The notes under the pieces are model-generated. The model was not told the origin of the DNA, did not search any database, and saw only the letters and a program-made list of their open reading frames with translations. From contig JBNRSN020000019.1 in assembly GCA_051313645.2 (NCBI GenBank), positions 120,094,001-120,158,000 of the forward strand: a stretch of 64,000 nucleotides of DNA, read 5' to 3'. The translations under genes and the position numbers were made by a program. Every line of letters starts with the position of its first letter. The first letter of the stretch is position 1. This document shows, one piece after another, positions 47,250 through 59,459 of this stretch. Source of the DNA: Centroscyllium fabricii. Taxonomy: Eukaryota.

Positions 47250-49040
47250 TTCTGCATGCTGACTCAAAAAGCTCTCCTGCACCAACTCTTTAGCCACGCA
47301 TTCATCGGCTCTATCCTCCTATTCCTGTACTCACTAGCACATGGCACTGGGAGTAATCCAGACATTACAACCTTTGAGGTCCTGCTCTTTAATCTGCTAC
47401 CTAGCTCCCTAAATTCTTGTTGCAGGAACTCATCCCTCTTCCACGACCTCCGACTGCCCTCCCCCTTCAGAATGCCCTGCAGCCGTTCAGTGATTCAGGG
47501 ATTCAACAAACCATCCTAGAGTCACGTCTACGGCCACAGAAATGCCTATCTATTCCCCTTACAATAGAATCCCCTATCACTATTGCTCTTGCACTCTTTT
47601 TCCTCCCCTCCTGAGCAGCAGAGGAGCCCCTGGTGCCAGGGAGTTGGCTGCTGCTGCCTTCCCCTGGTAAGCCATCCCCCTCAACAGTATCCAAAGCGGT
47701 ATACCTGTTTGAGAGGGATTTCCACAGGGGTCCCCTGCTCTATCTACCTGCCTGCTTCTATTACTCCGCCTGATGGTCACCCATTTCCCTTCTGCCTGTG
47801 CAGCTCTTACCTGTGGTGTGACCAGTTCACTAAACGTGCTTTCCACGACCCTCTCATCATCGTGAATGCTCTAATAGGGCAGACGCGTGGCAGATGCAAT
47901 ATAATGTGGATAAATGCAAGGTTATCCACTTTGGTGTCAAAAACAGGAAGGCAGACTATTATCTGAATGGCAATAGATTGGGAGAAGGGAAAGTGCAACG
48001 AGACCTGGGCGTTCTTGTGCACCAGTCGCTGAAGGTAAGCATGCAGGTGCAGCAGGCAGTGAAGAAGGCAAATGTTATGTTGGCCTTCATAGCGAAAGGG
48101 TTCGAGTACAGGAATAAGGATGTCCTGCTGCAGTTGTACAGGGCCTTGGTGAGACCACACCTCGAGTATTGTGTGCAGTTTTGGTCACCTTATCTGAGGA
48201 AGGATGTTCTTGCCATAGAGGGAGTTCAGCGAAGATTCACAAGGCTGATACCTGGGATGGCAGAGATTGGGTCGATTGGGCTTATACTCGCTGGAGTTTA
48301 GAAGAATGCGAGGGGATCTCATCAAAACTTATAACATTCTGACAGGTCTGGACAAACTAGATGCAGGAAGAATGTTCCCGATGGTTGGAGAGTCCAGAAC
48401 CAGGGGTCATAGTCTAAGGATAAGGGGTAAGCCATTTAGACCAGAGATGAGGAAGAATTTCTTCACCTAGAGAGTGGTGAACCTGTGGAATTCTCTACCA
48501 CAGAATGTAGTTGAGACCAAGTCATTAAATATATTCAAGAAAGAGTTATTTATATTTTTTAGAGCTAAAGGTATCAAGGGATATGGGGAGAAGGCAGGTA
48601 TGGGGTACTGAGTTTGGATGATCAGCCATGATCTCATTGAATGGCGGAGCAGGCTCGACGGGCCGAATGGCCTACTCCTGCTCCTATCTTCTATGTTTCG
48701 AATAGGCATCCATCTGCAGCTCCAGCGCTGCAATGCGGTATGCTAGTATCTGCAGCTGGATACATTTCCGACACATGTGGTCGTCAGGGACACTGGCAGC
48801 ATCCCTGAATTCCCACATTGCGCAGGTGGAGCATAACATGGGGATGGGCTGTCCTGACTTGATTTTCCCTTTAATTAATTTAAAAATTAAATCAACACCA
48901 CCAATTAAATGATATACTCAAGGGCGCTTGCCTGTCAGCAGTCCCCGCTACACCACAGAGACCCTAGAAACTATAAACCACAGAATTGAAGTTTTGTAAA
49001 AAAAAGGGAGAAATACTCACCAACCAATCACTTACCTGCT
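47250..49040 (-). mobile_element. CR1 5' region/ORF1 interrupted by a plus-strand CR1 3' end (47872-48697)
   Basis: AIVIGDSIVRG esterase block, similar to 270-730; inserted ORFs 47894..48470. Confidence 0.75.
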
Positions 49041-50139
49041 TTCTGGTGATGTCAATCTCTGCCCCGGTCACCAGAAACTCCTAATAGCATCGCATAGACA
49101 AGATACAAATTCAAAGCTGGCTTTTTCCTGTAGAGTTGTTTGATAACAAGCCCATTTATATTGAGCTGAAGAGTGCATCTTCTGTGGAAACTGCAAATTC
49201 AGCTGAACATATCAAATACAGTACGAGAGGCTAACTTAATAATGGGGTTTAAAACTGCGCACTGCTTGATAAATTCACTGCAGAAATGCAGATTATACAC
49301 AGAGACAGCAGTTTAATTTTATTGATGGTGTACCGTGGTGAAAATCAAGCGATACAAATCTGAGCACGGAACTGTATTCGAGGCTTTTAATAAAGAACAA
49401 TGTGGCCGACTCTATAAAAGTCTCCTCAGTTCGATGTTGGTACCAGTTCGATGTTGGTAATGAACCATTAATCCTGCATCTATTGCACTCACTAATCCCG
49501 TGTTTGTATACTAAGATCATCAGGTTAAAAGCAGGATTTGAACTAGAACGCAGTGCCAATGGTGTGTTACTGGGTGATCTAAGAGAGCTGCATAGAGGTC
49601 ACTGTTTAGTATGATGTGTATGTATGTGTTATCCTCCCACCTGTGGTGGCGCTGCTACAGCACTGCACAGCCATGAGGTTCTTTTACTTTTTAGTTTCAG
49701 TTTCTCTTTTAACTGTATATTAAACTAGACAGCTTTTTACAGCATGGTAGTTTGAATTTTGTGTTTAAGTAGAAAGACTTAGATACAATAGTCACCAAGT
49801 CCTACTGAAGGACTTTGTCACTTTCTGCAGTGCTCTCTGTCCTCTTTTCCAGCATAAAACTCGCTGCAGATTGTATCATTTCCACATCACTACAACTTTA
49901 CAATTCATTTTTTTTTAATTTACTCGAAGTACACTGATTTAAAAAAAAAAAATGCCTCCATCAAACTCCCACGTATTTGTTTTGAAGCACAAGCTACAAA
50001 GTCGAACGTCATTACTGAAATATTGACAATTTACTATCACACAGCCACTTATACCCAAACCGTTTGTAAATATGGATACAAGAAGTTGAAGATCCAGATG
50101 ACTCTCTCCCTTCCTCTCAAAACAACAAAAATAAATAAT

Positions 50140-50340
50140 GAAATAACAATAGAAAATGCTGGAAAAACTCAGCAGTCCAGGCAACACCCATAGAGAGAGA
50201 GAAACAGTTAACGTTTCAGGTCGAAACCCTTCTTCAAAACGGAGAAAAAAGCAGGAAATAAAACAGATTAAAAGGCCAGCTTGGGGGCTGGGAAATGGGG
50301 GGAGGGGATTAAAGAACAAAAGGTCTATTCACCTCTCAGA
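50140..50340 (-). mobile_element. Penelope-like terminal fragment with degenerate minimal hammerhead ribozyme motif
   Basis: Minus strand reads CCGTT-TTGAAGA-AGGGTTTCGACCT-GAAA-CGTT-AACTG (50243-50204), then GCTGAGTTTTTCCAGCATTTT. Confidence 0.6.
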
Positions 50341-51535
50341 TCTACCCTAAGAGATATTTAAGGCAAGACGAGATGGTAATAGGATAATGATTTAGTGGCA
50401 TGAAACTTACTAAACTGCTAAAGTTCTATTCTGTACATAATGGATCGTTGACAAATCTACGTTATTAAACTGAAGACAACATCCCAAGCACCATGGTGGT
50501 AAAAGGCTATTTTAATTTTGGCACAAAGCAGAGATTTGCTGTAAAAGGGGTACAGAGACCCTATGACAAGATTTAAACATTATTTTAAAAATATAAAACA
50601 CTACATGGCAGTAAATCACCACATATTCTGACATGATAATATGCCAAGAAAAATGGTTTGAAAAGTGTCACTGACTGCATTTGTTGACTGCTAAATGAAT
50701 ATAATCACCTCTTTGCCCTGGTCTAGAAATCCTCCAATAACACGAGGGCCTGTACAAGCAAGACGGAAAAATCCGAGCTAAGCAGATTGGTGCTGTGGAC
50801 ATTCCAATGCCAGCTGTTGTTCTCATTTCCATAAAACCCACAAAAACAATCAAAATCCTCATTGTAAAAGTTTGTTAAAAGTAAATAATCCAGTTAATTC
50901 TGCCACTAATAAGAATTTTAACCAGTCTATAGATAACTTTTGGTGTTGATTCTAACCTGCACAACTGTACAAAATCTGCGAATCTTTAAATAATCTGAAT
51001 TTTCTTAATTGCGTAAAGATCTTCAAAAACTCTAATGGATCTTTTAAGGTTTATTTGGAAAAATCTGTCTTCCTCTTCGCTCGCTGATTATACCCTCTTC
51101 CATATTCACACCAAGAACACCAGCTTTATCATCTTTAAAAGCATTAAAAAAAATTTTTTTTACAAGATTTCTTTTGGCTATTCTCTAAGATGTGCAACAC
51201 GAACAGAACCTGCAACGGAATCCTGAAATGAACCCAGCAAAACACGAATGATCAGGTCATTCAAAGTTTAACAGCTTGCGTCATTTGTGTCCAGTCTGTA
51301 GCTGGCTGTTTGCTACTGGTTAAATGATCCCATAGTACTCTCTGCATAATCTGATAAAGAATTTAAAATGCAGAGTATCTCCATTCTTTTTAACAGCCTC
51401 ACATTACCTGAAGAATTGACTGAAGTTCCCTTTGTATTTTACATTCATACATTCAAGCAAACACTTCAGAATGTTCAAAGCTCGCTTCTCTCGGGTGATA
51501 CTGAGGCTCCTCTGGTGACGAGAAGTACATTCTCT

Positions 51536-51626
51536 TTATTTTGCACAGCACATTCTCTGTTGGGGACAATGTTCCCCCAGTTCAACAGTCTTTTCCTTTT
51601 CCTTATCTTCAAGTTCCTTTAGAAGT
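51536..51626 (-). CDS. CRACR2A: CRACR2A (EFCAB4B/Rab46) last coding exon
   Basis: tgtctag| (R)LLKELEDKEKEKTVELGEHCPQQRMCCAK*; phase 2 matches the previous exon; CCxx prenylation motif; synteny with PRMT8. Confidence 0.87.
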
Positions 51627-52099
51627 CTAGACAAACATATCAAATAAATGTTTAGTCACAATAAAATGTGAGCTGAAAGTTCTAAAATTTTCCCCACCTC
51701 CTTTTATAAATTTGCAAAGTATAAGCAAGGAATTTTATATTCGAACTTCGTCCCATCAAGTTTTGTGATACTGCTTCACACTAACGGCCATCAACAGCAA
51801 CACAGAAATGCTGGAAACACAAAGTAACTGGACAGGGAGCAGAGATGGTTAATGGTTGTAATCATAGATAGTACCGCACAGAGGGAGGCCGTTCAGCCCA
51901 TCAAATCTATGCTGGTTAACGTAAATCTTTATCAGAACTGGAAGGTAAGAAAGCTTCATATAGGGATGAACTAAAGGGTGAGGGAAAAAAAGACAATGAC
52001 CTGCAAACTAATTAATTGAAAAACTTGCAACTATTGGACGTTATAAAATATCATCTGTGACATCCAGAAACAACAATAACAGAACAGAGAAAGTCCGTA

Positions 52100-52410
52100 A
52101 CCCCATGGTCACTGGCCCTTGGGACTCTGATCCCTCAGTCCCTGGCCCCTGACCCATTGGTCACTGGCCCCCTGATCCCTGGCCCCTCAGTCCCTGACTC
52201 CTCAGTCACTGGCCCCCTGGTCACTGGCCCCTCGGTCCCTGGCCCCTGACCCATCGGTCACTGGCCCCCTGATCCCTCGGTCGCTGACCCATTGGTCACT
52301 GGCCCCCTGATCCCTGGCCCCTCAGTCACTGGCCCCCTGGTCCCTGACCCATCGGTCACTGGCCCCCTGGTCCCTGACCCATCGGTCACTGGCCCCCTGA
52401 CCCCTCTGTC
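52100..52410. repeat. Degenerate minisatellite (GTCACTGGCCCCCTG-type units)
   Basis: Tandem variants visible directly. Confidence 0.85.
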
Positions 52411-52960
52411 ACTGGAGGAGGTTACAGAGATAGGGAGAGGCGAGGCCTTGGAGGGATTTGAAAACAAGGATGAGAGTTTTGAAATTGAGGTGCTGCTTAA
52501 CCAAGAGCCAATGTAGGTCAGCGAGCACAGGGGTGATGGGTGAACGGGACTTGGTGTGAGTTAGGACACGGACAGCTGAGTTTTGATGACCTCAAGTTTA
52601 CGTAGGGTAGAACATCGGAGGCCGGCCAGGAGTGCGTTGGAATAGTCAAGTGCAGAGGTACCAAAGGCACAGATGAGGGTTTCAGCAGTGGATGAGCTGA
52701 GGCAAGGGCGGAGACGGGCGATGTTACGGAGATGGAAATAGGCGGTCTTAGTTATGCTGCGGATATATGGTCGGAAGCTCATTTCAGGGTCAAATAGGAC
52801 ACTAACGTTGTGAGAAGCCATTGCAGGTGATTCTCTGCCTACGATTCGATAGATAATCGAACCAGGTGAGCGTAGTCCCACCCAGCTGAATGACGGTGGA
52901 GAGGTGTTGGAGAAAGATGGAGTGATCAACCAAGTCAAAGGCTGCAGACAAATCAAGAAG
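52410..52960 (-). mobile_element. L2-type LINE fragment
   Basis: ITKTAYFHLRNIARLRP..LDYSNALLAG. Confidence 0.75.
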
Positions 52961-53261
52961 TTTGAGATGACAAGTCAAGAAGGACCATCTGATAGATACA
53001 ACTATCTGTTTGATGACTACATGTTTACCTATTTTGTACTTGCAAGGGCAGCTTTTGTTATGAGACTCACTCTCTGGATGGATGAGCTGATGTACGTTAG
53101 AGTGACAGTCATGGAAGAGGAATGATGTAATGGTCTTTTAGCTGAGAAATGTGAGGGATGTTAGGGAAGACCCGAAGGTTAATAACCCTGTGACTGAGCT
53201 CAGCAAATGCTACACAAATTCTCCTGGCAGCCTTCGCATCTTTCTGTGTTATCTGCAAGTA

Positions 53262-54240
53262 TCATTCATAAGAATATAAGACGTACGAGCAGGAGTCGGT
53301 CATTTGGCCCCTCGAGCCTGCTCCGTCATTCAATAAGATCATGGCTGATCTGATCTTGGCCTCAACTCCACTCCCCGCCCGCTCCCCGTAACCCTCGACT
53401 CCCTTATCATTCAAAGATCTGTCTATATCCACCTTAAATATATTCAATGACTCCACCTCCACAGCTCTCTGGGGAAGGGAATTTCAAAGATTCACGACCC
53501 TCAGAGTGAAGAAATTCCTCATTTCTGTTTTAAAAGGGTGCCCCCTTATTCTGAAACTATGCCCCTTGTTCTAGATTCCCCCACGAGGGGAAACATCCTC
53601 TCAGCATCCACCCTGTCGAGCCCGCTCAGAATCTTATGTTTCAATAAGATCACCTCTCATTCTTCTAAACTCCAATGAGTATAGGCCCAACCTGCTCAAC
53701 CTTTCTTCATAAGAAAACCCTTTCATCTCCAGAATCAACCTCGTGAACCTTCTTTGAACTGCCTCCAATGCAAGTATATCCTTCCTTATATAGAGACCAA
53801 AACTGTCCGCAATACTCCAGGTGTGGTCTCACCAATGCCCTGTACAGTTGTAACAGGACTTCCCTACTTTTATACTCCATTCCCTTTGCAATAAACACCA
53901 ACACTCAATTTGCCTTCCTAATTACATGAGAACAGAAGAAATAGGAGCAGGAGTCGGCCATTTGGCCCCTCGAGCCTGCTCCGCCATTCAATAAGATCAT
54001 GGCGGATCTTCTACCTCATCTCCACTTTCCTGCACTATCCCCATATCCCTTGATTCCCTTAATATTTAAAAATCTATCGATCTCTGTCTTGAATATACTC
54101 AATGACTGAGCCTCCACAGCCCTCTGGAGTAGAGAATTCCAAAGATTCACCACCCTCTGAGTTAAGAAATTTCTCCTCTCAGTCCTAAATGGCCAAACTC
54201 TTATTCTGAGACTGATCCCTGGTTCTAGACTCCCCAGCCA
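53262..54240 (-). mobile_element. Two tandem CR1 3' ends
   Basis: Tails at 53267 and about 53925; C-terminal RT peptides. Confidence 0.85.
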
Positions 54241-54959
54241 AATAGTACAGTCAATTATTCTATACATTTTATGAGACTCCAATTTAGTTATATGGTACAC
54301 CTTTTACAGTTCTCTGGTATGACTAAATTTGACGTACAACAAAAAGATATGGTAAGTTGGTGTATCACAATACAGGTACAGGTATATATATACACAAGAT
54401 GGGAGCAGTGAATTGTAATGCAAATGAATTATTGCAACTAGAGTGACACAGTGTTGGTTCACATGGACATTATATGTGTGGCACCCGCAGAACCGCCTCC
54501 AGGATGTTGAGTTACATCATAAATTTTGTTTTGTTTCATTGTGAAATAAGCAAACCTTTTTGGATTGTTCATCAGGTTGGTTTGCTGATTTAAATTGCTA
54601 ATGATTTCAATCAACATAGCAGAGGTTTTTTGTAAATTAAATTAGCTAATGTCCATCGTAAATGTATAGTTCCACCTCATCATAGAAATTACAGCATAGA
54701 AAGAGGCCATTTGGCCCATCTTAAACTGGAGAGCTCTGCTCTCAACTTATTCCCTGGTGTTTCTGCCAAGTAGCATTCCTGTCGAGCATCATGCACTTTT
54801 AAAAATGTTTTATTTATGTAAAAGAAAAAAATACAGCTATCCTTTATTTATGTATGTAACATCAATTATAATATTTGAATGCAATGCTCCTGATTTCATC
54901 TTAAAATCTGATTTAATGAAAAAACTTTTATATAGTGATATTAATGTAGAAAAACTTAC

Positions 54960-55495
54960 TTGCTGTACCTGCATGCTAATTTTTTGTGGTTCATGTACAA
55001 GGACCTCCAGCATTTTGTAATCTCTCATTTAAATAATAATTTGCTTTTTTATTTTCCCTACCAAAGTGGATAACCTCGCATTTTCCCACATTAAACTCCA
55101 TCTGCCAGATGTTTTTCCCACTCACTGAGCCTATCTATGTCTCTTTGGAGATTCTTTGCGTCCTCCACACAATTTGCTTTCCCACCTCTCTTTGTATCGT
55201 CAGGAGATTTGGCTACAGTACACTCGGTCCCGTCATCCAAGTCACTAATATAGATTGGAAATAGTTGAGGCCCCGACACTGATCCCTGCAGCGCCCCACT
55301 AGTTACAGTTTGCCAACGTGAAAATGACCCATTTATCCCAACTCTCTCCTTTCTGTTAGTTAGCCAATCCTCTATCCATGTTAATATATTACCCCCAACC
55401 CCGTGAGCTCTTATCTTATGCAGTAACCTTTTATGTGGCACCTTATCGAATGCCTTCTGGAAATCCAAATACATGACATCTACTGGTTCCCCTTT
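54960..55495 (-). mobile_element. CR1 RT fragment
   Basis: ORF 55091..55558 with YLDFQKAFDKVPH. Confidence 0.85.
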
Positions 55496-56992
55496 ATTAC
55501 TGCTAATTAAATCTGTAAATTCTAGAACTTTTGTGGCTGACACAGAGACACCAGCCAATTGCTCTCGCAGAATTAATCAACACTCTTTAAATATGCAAAT
55601 TGTGCCGTGAGACAGGCTGATGTAGCACCTTCATTCAAGAAGCGAAAGAAGGATAAACCGGGTCATTACAGACCACTTCGTCTAATGTTAGTTGCGAGTA
55701 AACGCTTAGAATCATAATTCAAGATAAAATTAGAGCGCATTTAGAAATGCACGGGTTAAGTAAGGACAGCCAGCACTGTTCTGCCGATCCCGGGTAGACT
55801 GAGCGAGGAAGGCTGAGCGAGCTTCTGCTAATGTTACTTGGGAGATCAGGTGGAGACAGGCAGATAATGACCTCCCAGCACAGGTCATGCTTACATCGCA
55901 TTCCATCCAGAGGTCGTCTGATGTCGCCAATAGCTGTTCAATGTTGCAGGAGCTGCAGTGAGTCGTCTCGTGTGGGTCCCTTGCTTAAGGGAAGGAAGCA
56001 GGCGGGTCACATGATTAGGACATGGACTTGAAGCAGAGCAAATGTCTTGTAGGATGTGAACACTTCAGCTGGACAGTGGTCACTCGGACCAGGGCAGCGG
56101 TCACTCCGACCGGGGCAACTTGACTTCACATGACATTTAGAACATTATTACAGATCCACGGGTGACATTTTCTCCACAATAGGCCCTTGTTGTCAAACTA
56201 ATGAAAATCTTTGCATTTTTCTTTTGCAGATAAATTCACTGACTGAATATTTATGTTCCTATCTATGCATGGGCTTTACACAGTGTCTGTCATTCTATCA
56301 GTGTTTGCTTTAAGGCAGTATACAGAGGTCTCACTATATGTAACCGGACCCAAGATGATCACTGCCTTCGTTCCATCACTGGCAGTACTGACTACGAAAG
56401 GGGAAATCAGGCACGAGGCTGGTAGCGTTAACCTGTTCCTCTTCACAAAGCACCAGATTAACCCCTCTGACCCTTGCAATAAGAGGAACATCACTGTCAG
56501 TGGGAATAACCCATGTTACCTGATCTACTCCAGGTGAATACTTCCAACACCATCTAATGTTAGCATTTTAAACACCAACTAGTGTATGAGTGAGGTAAAG
56601 AGAACAGGCATCACCTGAATAAAAATATTTTTGTTACTTTAAAATGTTTGGAGAGTTCAGGAGGGCCTGTGACGTACGATAAATCTTAAGTAAGTCTTTA
56701 AAAATCATTGGCTTCTAAGCCTACACTTTCTGATCCGTGCGATTATCAGTCGTAATCCTTGGCTAAAAAAAGTCAATCGGCAAATCTGAACCATAATATT
56801 TTTAAACAATTCCAAGCTGGAATTACTTATTTAGGTTTTATAAAGCACTCAGCATTAAGGGGCCCTTCACAATTGTCAACATTTTCACGAGCGTACAAAC
56901 CGTACGCTGGGGGGGAGGGGGTCCGACTTGTCCGTACGCTTTTTTTTGCGTTTAAATGTCGATTTTTTTTTTGATTTTTTATTTTTTGTTCC

Positions 56993-57626
56993 GGTTCCGG
57001 TTCTGGCAGGACGGCCGCCATCGGGCGGCTGTACCTCGACTCCTCTTCGTGGAGTCAATCCGTTCTGGTCGACCGCCATTTGACGTCGGCGGCGCCGGGT
57101 GAGAGCCGGTGAGATGCGGGGCACAGTTCAGCCCCAGGACGCCGCATCAGTTCGGCCTCGGTCCAGAGTTCGGACCTCCGGGGTGTCGGGACGGCCTTGG
57201 CTTGGCGTTCCGGGGAGCCTGCGTCGAGCGCTGGAGCTCCGGGGAGCCTGCGTTGAGCGCTGGAGTTCGGAGCTCAGGGGAGCTGGGATGGGGCACTCGG
57301 AGAGGGCTAGGCTTCAGGCCTCAGGACGCTGTGCCCGGAGTTCGGAGCTCCGTGGATTCGGGCTGAGAGTGGCCACGGAAGGAACAGTGGCAGAGCGAAT
57401 TGACTGGGCGAGAGAGGACAATTTTACCAACGGTTGAGCGGCCAGAGCAGGAACGGGATCCACGATGATGGCGCCGAAGGATGGCTGACGTCTTGCGGGC
57501 TCGTTCGCAGCTTAATTGTTGCGCGGTTGTTGTTGTTGTTGCACGGTGTGTCGGGTAGCAGTAAGCATTTCGTTGTATGGTGTTTGTTCGCTGTACAATG
57601 ACAAATAAAATTGAACTTGATTGAAA
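56993..57626 (+). mobile_element. GC-rich non-autonomous retroposon with Rex1/Babar-like 3' end
   Basis: Ends GCATTTCGTTGTA..TACAATGACAAATAAAATTGAACTTGATTGAA; possible TSD TTCC. Confidence 0.55.
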
Positions 57627-57732
57627 TTCCGCCGGTTTGAGAAGTGAAAAAAACAGGTTTAAAGGTAATTAAAAAAAAATTCCTTTGGAGATATTTGTTT
57701 GTGGTCTTACAGGTTGTAAATGTGAAGGTTTT

Positions 57733-57858
57733 TATATATTTTGGTGATAGTGAAAAAAATCGGCAATTTGAACGCGATGTCGAGAGTTGCGAGAGCTCTG
57801 AGAGCTGGAGAGATCGCGTTCAAATCCCCGATTTTTTTCACTATCACCAAAATATATA
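57733..57858. repeat. 126-bp foldback (about 47-bp arms), probable mini-MITE
   Basis: TATATATTTTGGTGATAGTGAAAAAAATCGG..ATTTGAACGCGAT and its reverse complement; TA-rich ends. Confidence 0.85.
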
Positions 57859-57859
57859 G

Positions 57860-58145
57860 GGAGGAAAAAGGAGGAAGACATAAAGCAGGAATTTAAGGAA
57901 CTAGGAAGGAAACTGAGAGACAAAACGAATAATGCCACGATTTCTGGGATCCTACCAGTGCCACGGGATAGGGAGTGGAAAAACAAAAAAAGAATGAGAA
58001 TAAACGCGTGGCTACAGGATTGGTGCAGAAGGGAGGGCATGAGTTTCGTGGACAATTGGGGATCGTTCTGGGGAAGGTGGGATCTGTATGACCGGGACGG
58101 CTTGCACCTGAACCGAAGGGGCATCAACATTCTGGGTGGGAAACT
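57860..58145 (+). mobile_element. CR1 ORF1 SGNH-esterase fragment
   Basis: INAWLQDWCRREG..RDGLHLN. Confidence 0.75.
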
Positions 58146-58958
58146 CGCCCATAGAGCTTTACAGCACAGAAAGAGACCCTTCGGCCCATCATGTCCGCGC
58201 CAGCCATCAAGCCCTTTCTATTCTAATCCCATTTTCCAGCACTTGGTCCGTAGCCTTGTATGCTATGACATCTCAAGTGCTCATCCAAATGCGGTCGGGC
58301 TGCGCCTTGGGCCTTGCTGCCGCGGTTGAGGTTTGTCCTCCCGGAGGAGCCGGGGCCGGGGATGGGGATTGCTGTGCGGCTGGTCAGTCAGTGTGTTTAC
58401 TGTCATCTTGTGCTGATTTTTACAGATCTGAAGTTCCATCAACACACAAGGCCGCCGGCCCCCCGGCCCATGACCACAGACAGTGACTCTGAGTAACGAG
58501 GATCTCCCTGATGAGTCTGCAGTCACTCTGGTTCCTTTCTAAACCTCCCTGTGCTAATTAAATTCAATGGATGATGTTGGAAAAAATCAACATTTTTGGT
58601 GTACACTTCCAGGGGGGGGGGGTAGCAAAAAAGAGTACTCTTTGTACACTTGTGAAAATGTTGACAATTGTGAAGGGCCCCTAACACTGATGTCAGATAA
58701 TACTATTGAAACAGTATTTAATGTCCATGAAGATCGTTACCAGCTCACTCGGTGCTACTCTGCATTCGGACTGAGGTGGGAACAGAGTGTTAGTCAAGAA
58801 GCAAAGTTTAGCTTTATCTTTTCAATAGACAATGTCACTGTGTTGTGGGGAAAAAAGCATAAAAAATGTGGTGAAACCATTAAAATATACAATCAATGAC
58901 TTCAAATTACTCTTTCAGACTCCCGTCATTTTCTGATTCAATGATGTTACTACCTTAC

Positions 58959-59035
58959 CTGGCCAAATGCATGATGGGTTCGGTTATATTGACACCTGAG
59001 CAAGCGCTGCATTCATAGAAAATTAAATTACATTC
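58959..59035 (-). CDS. CRACR2A: CRACR2A penultimate coding exon (Rab G5 box)
   Basis: tttttacag| [25 protein letters not shown](R) |gtaagg; 77 nt; resembles human [21 protein letters not shown]. Confidence 0.9.
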
Positions 59036-59281
59036 CTGTAAAAAGGCCAAAAGTATAATGAATCTGCGTTAGATTTTTGTATTGTTAACTAAATGTGTAC
59101 AGAATTCAATATCCATGAAGGCAAGTTGTCCAAAGATAGCGGAGGATAATTAACATGAGGATTAAATTAAAAAGATCAGAGGAGAAGCATTCAATAGACA
59201 GAAGCAAAGAGACTTTCTATCTGAGGAAGAAACAGACAAAAGGTCCAGATAGTTCTTTAAGCATAACACGAATAGAAATAT

Positions 59282-59455
59282 CAGGGCGCGACAAAGCCGC
59301 TTGCCCGGGGCAAGTAAAATGTGCCGCCGGGCAAGTAAATCAAAATCTTACTTGCCCGACCGGGCAAGTGATCGAGACCATGGGAATGGGTAGGTGGATC
59401 CCGCCCTGGAGGCGGGTGCGGATTGGCGGGGGGCCGGGCGCGCTTCGGCCAATGG
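59282..59455. mobile_element. Probable hAT-like terminal fragment
   Basis: CAGGGC start and five direct/inverted GGGCAAG motifs; no partner end found. Confidence 0.35.
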
Positions 59456-59459
59456 CCCA

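Larger units (their letters stand above)
56859..58681. mobile_element. PIF/Harbinger MITE with several nested insertions
   Basis: 30-bp perfect TIR GGGGCCCTTCACAATTGTCAACATTTTCAC; TAA TSD at 56856-56858 and 58682-58684. Confidence 0.92.

Noticed and set aside
52258-52516. Repetitive peptide ORFs
   Set aside because: Minisatellite translation.
56230-56614. Possible extra minus-strand exon (acceptor-like site at 56615)
   Set aside because: Stops in all frames, and the flanking CRACR2A exons already join in phase.
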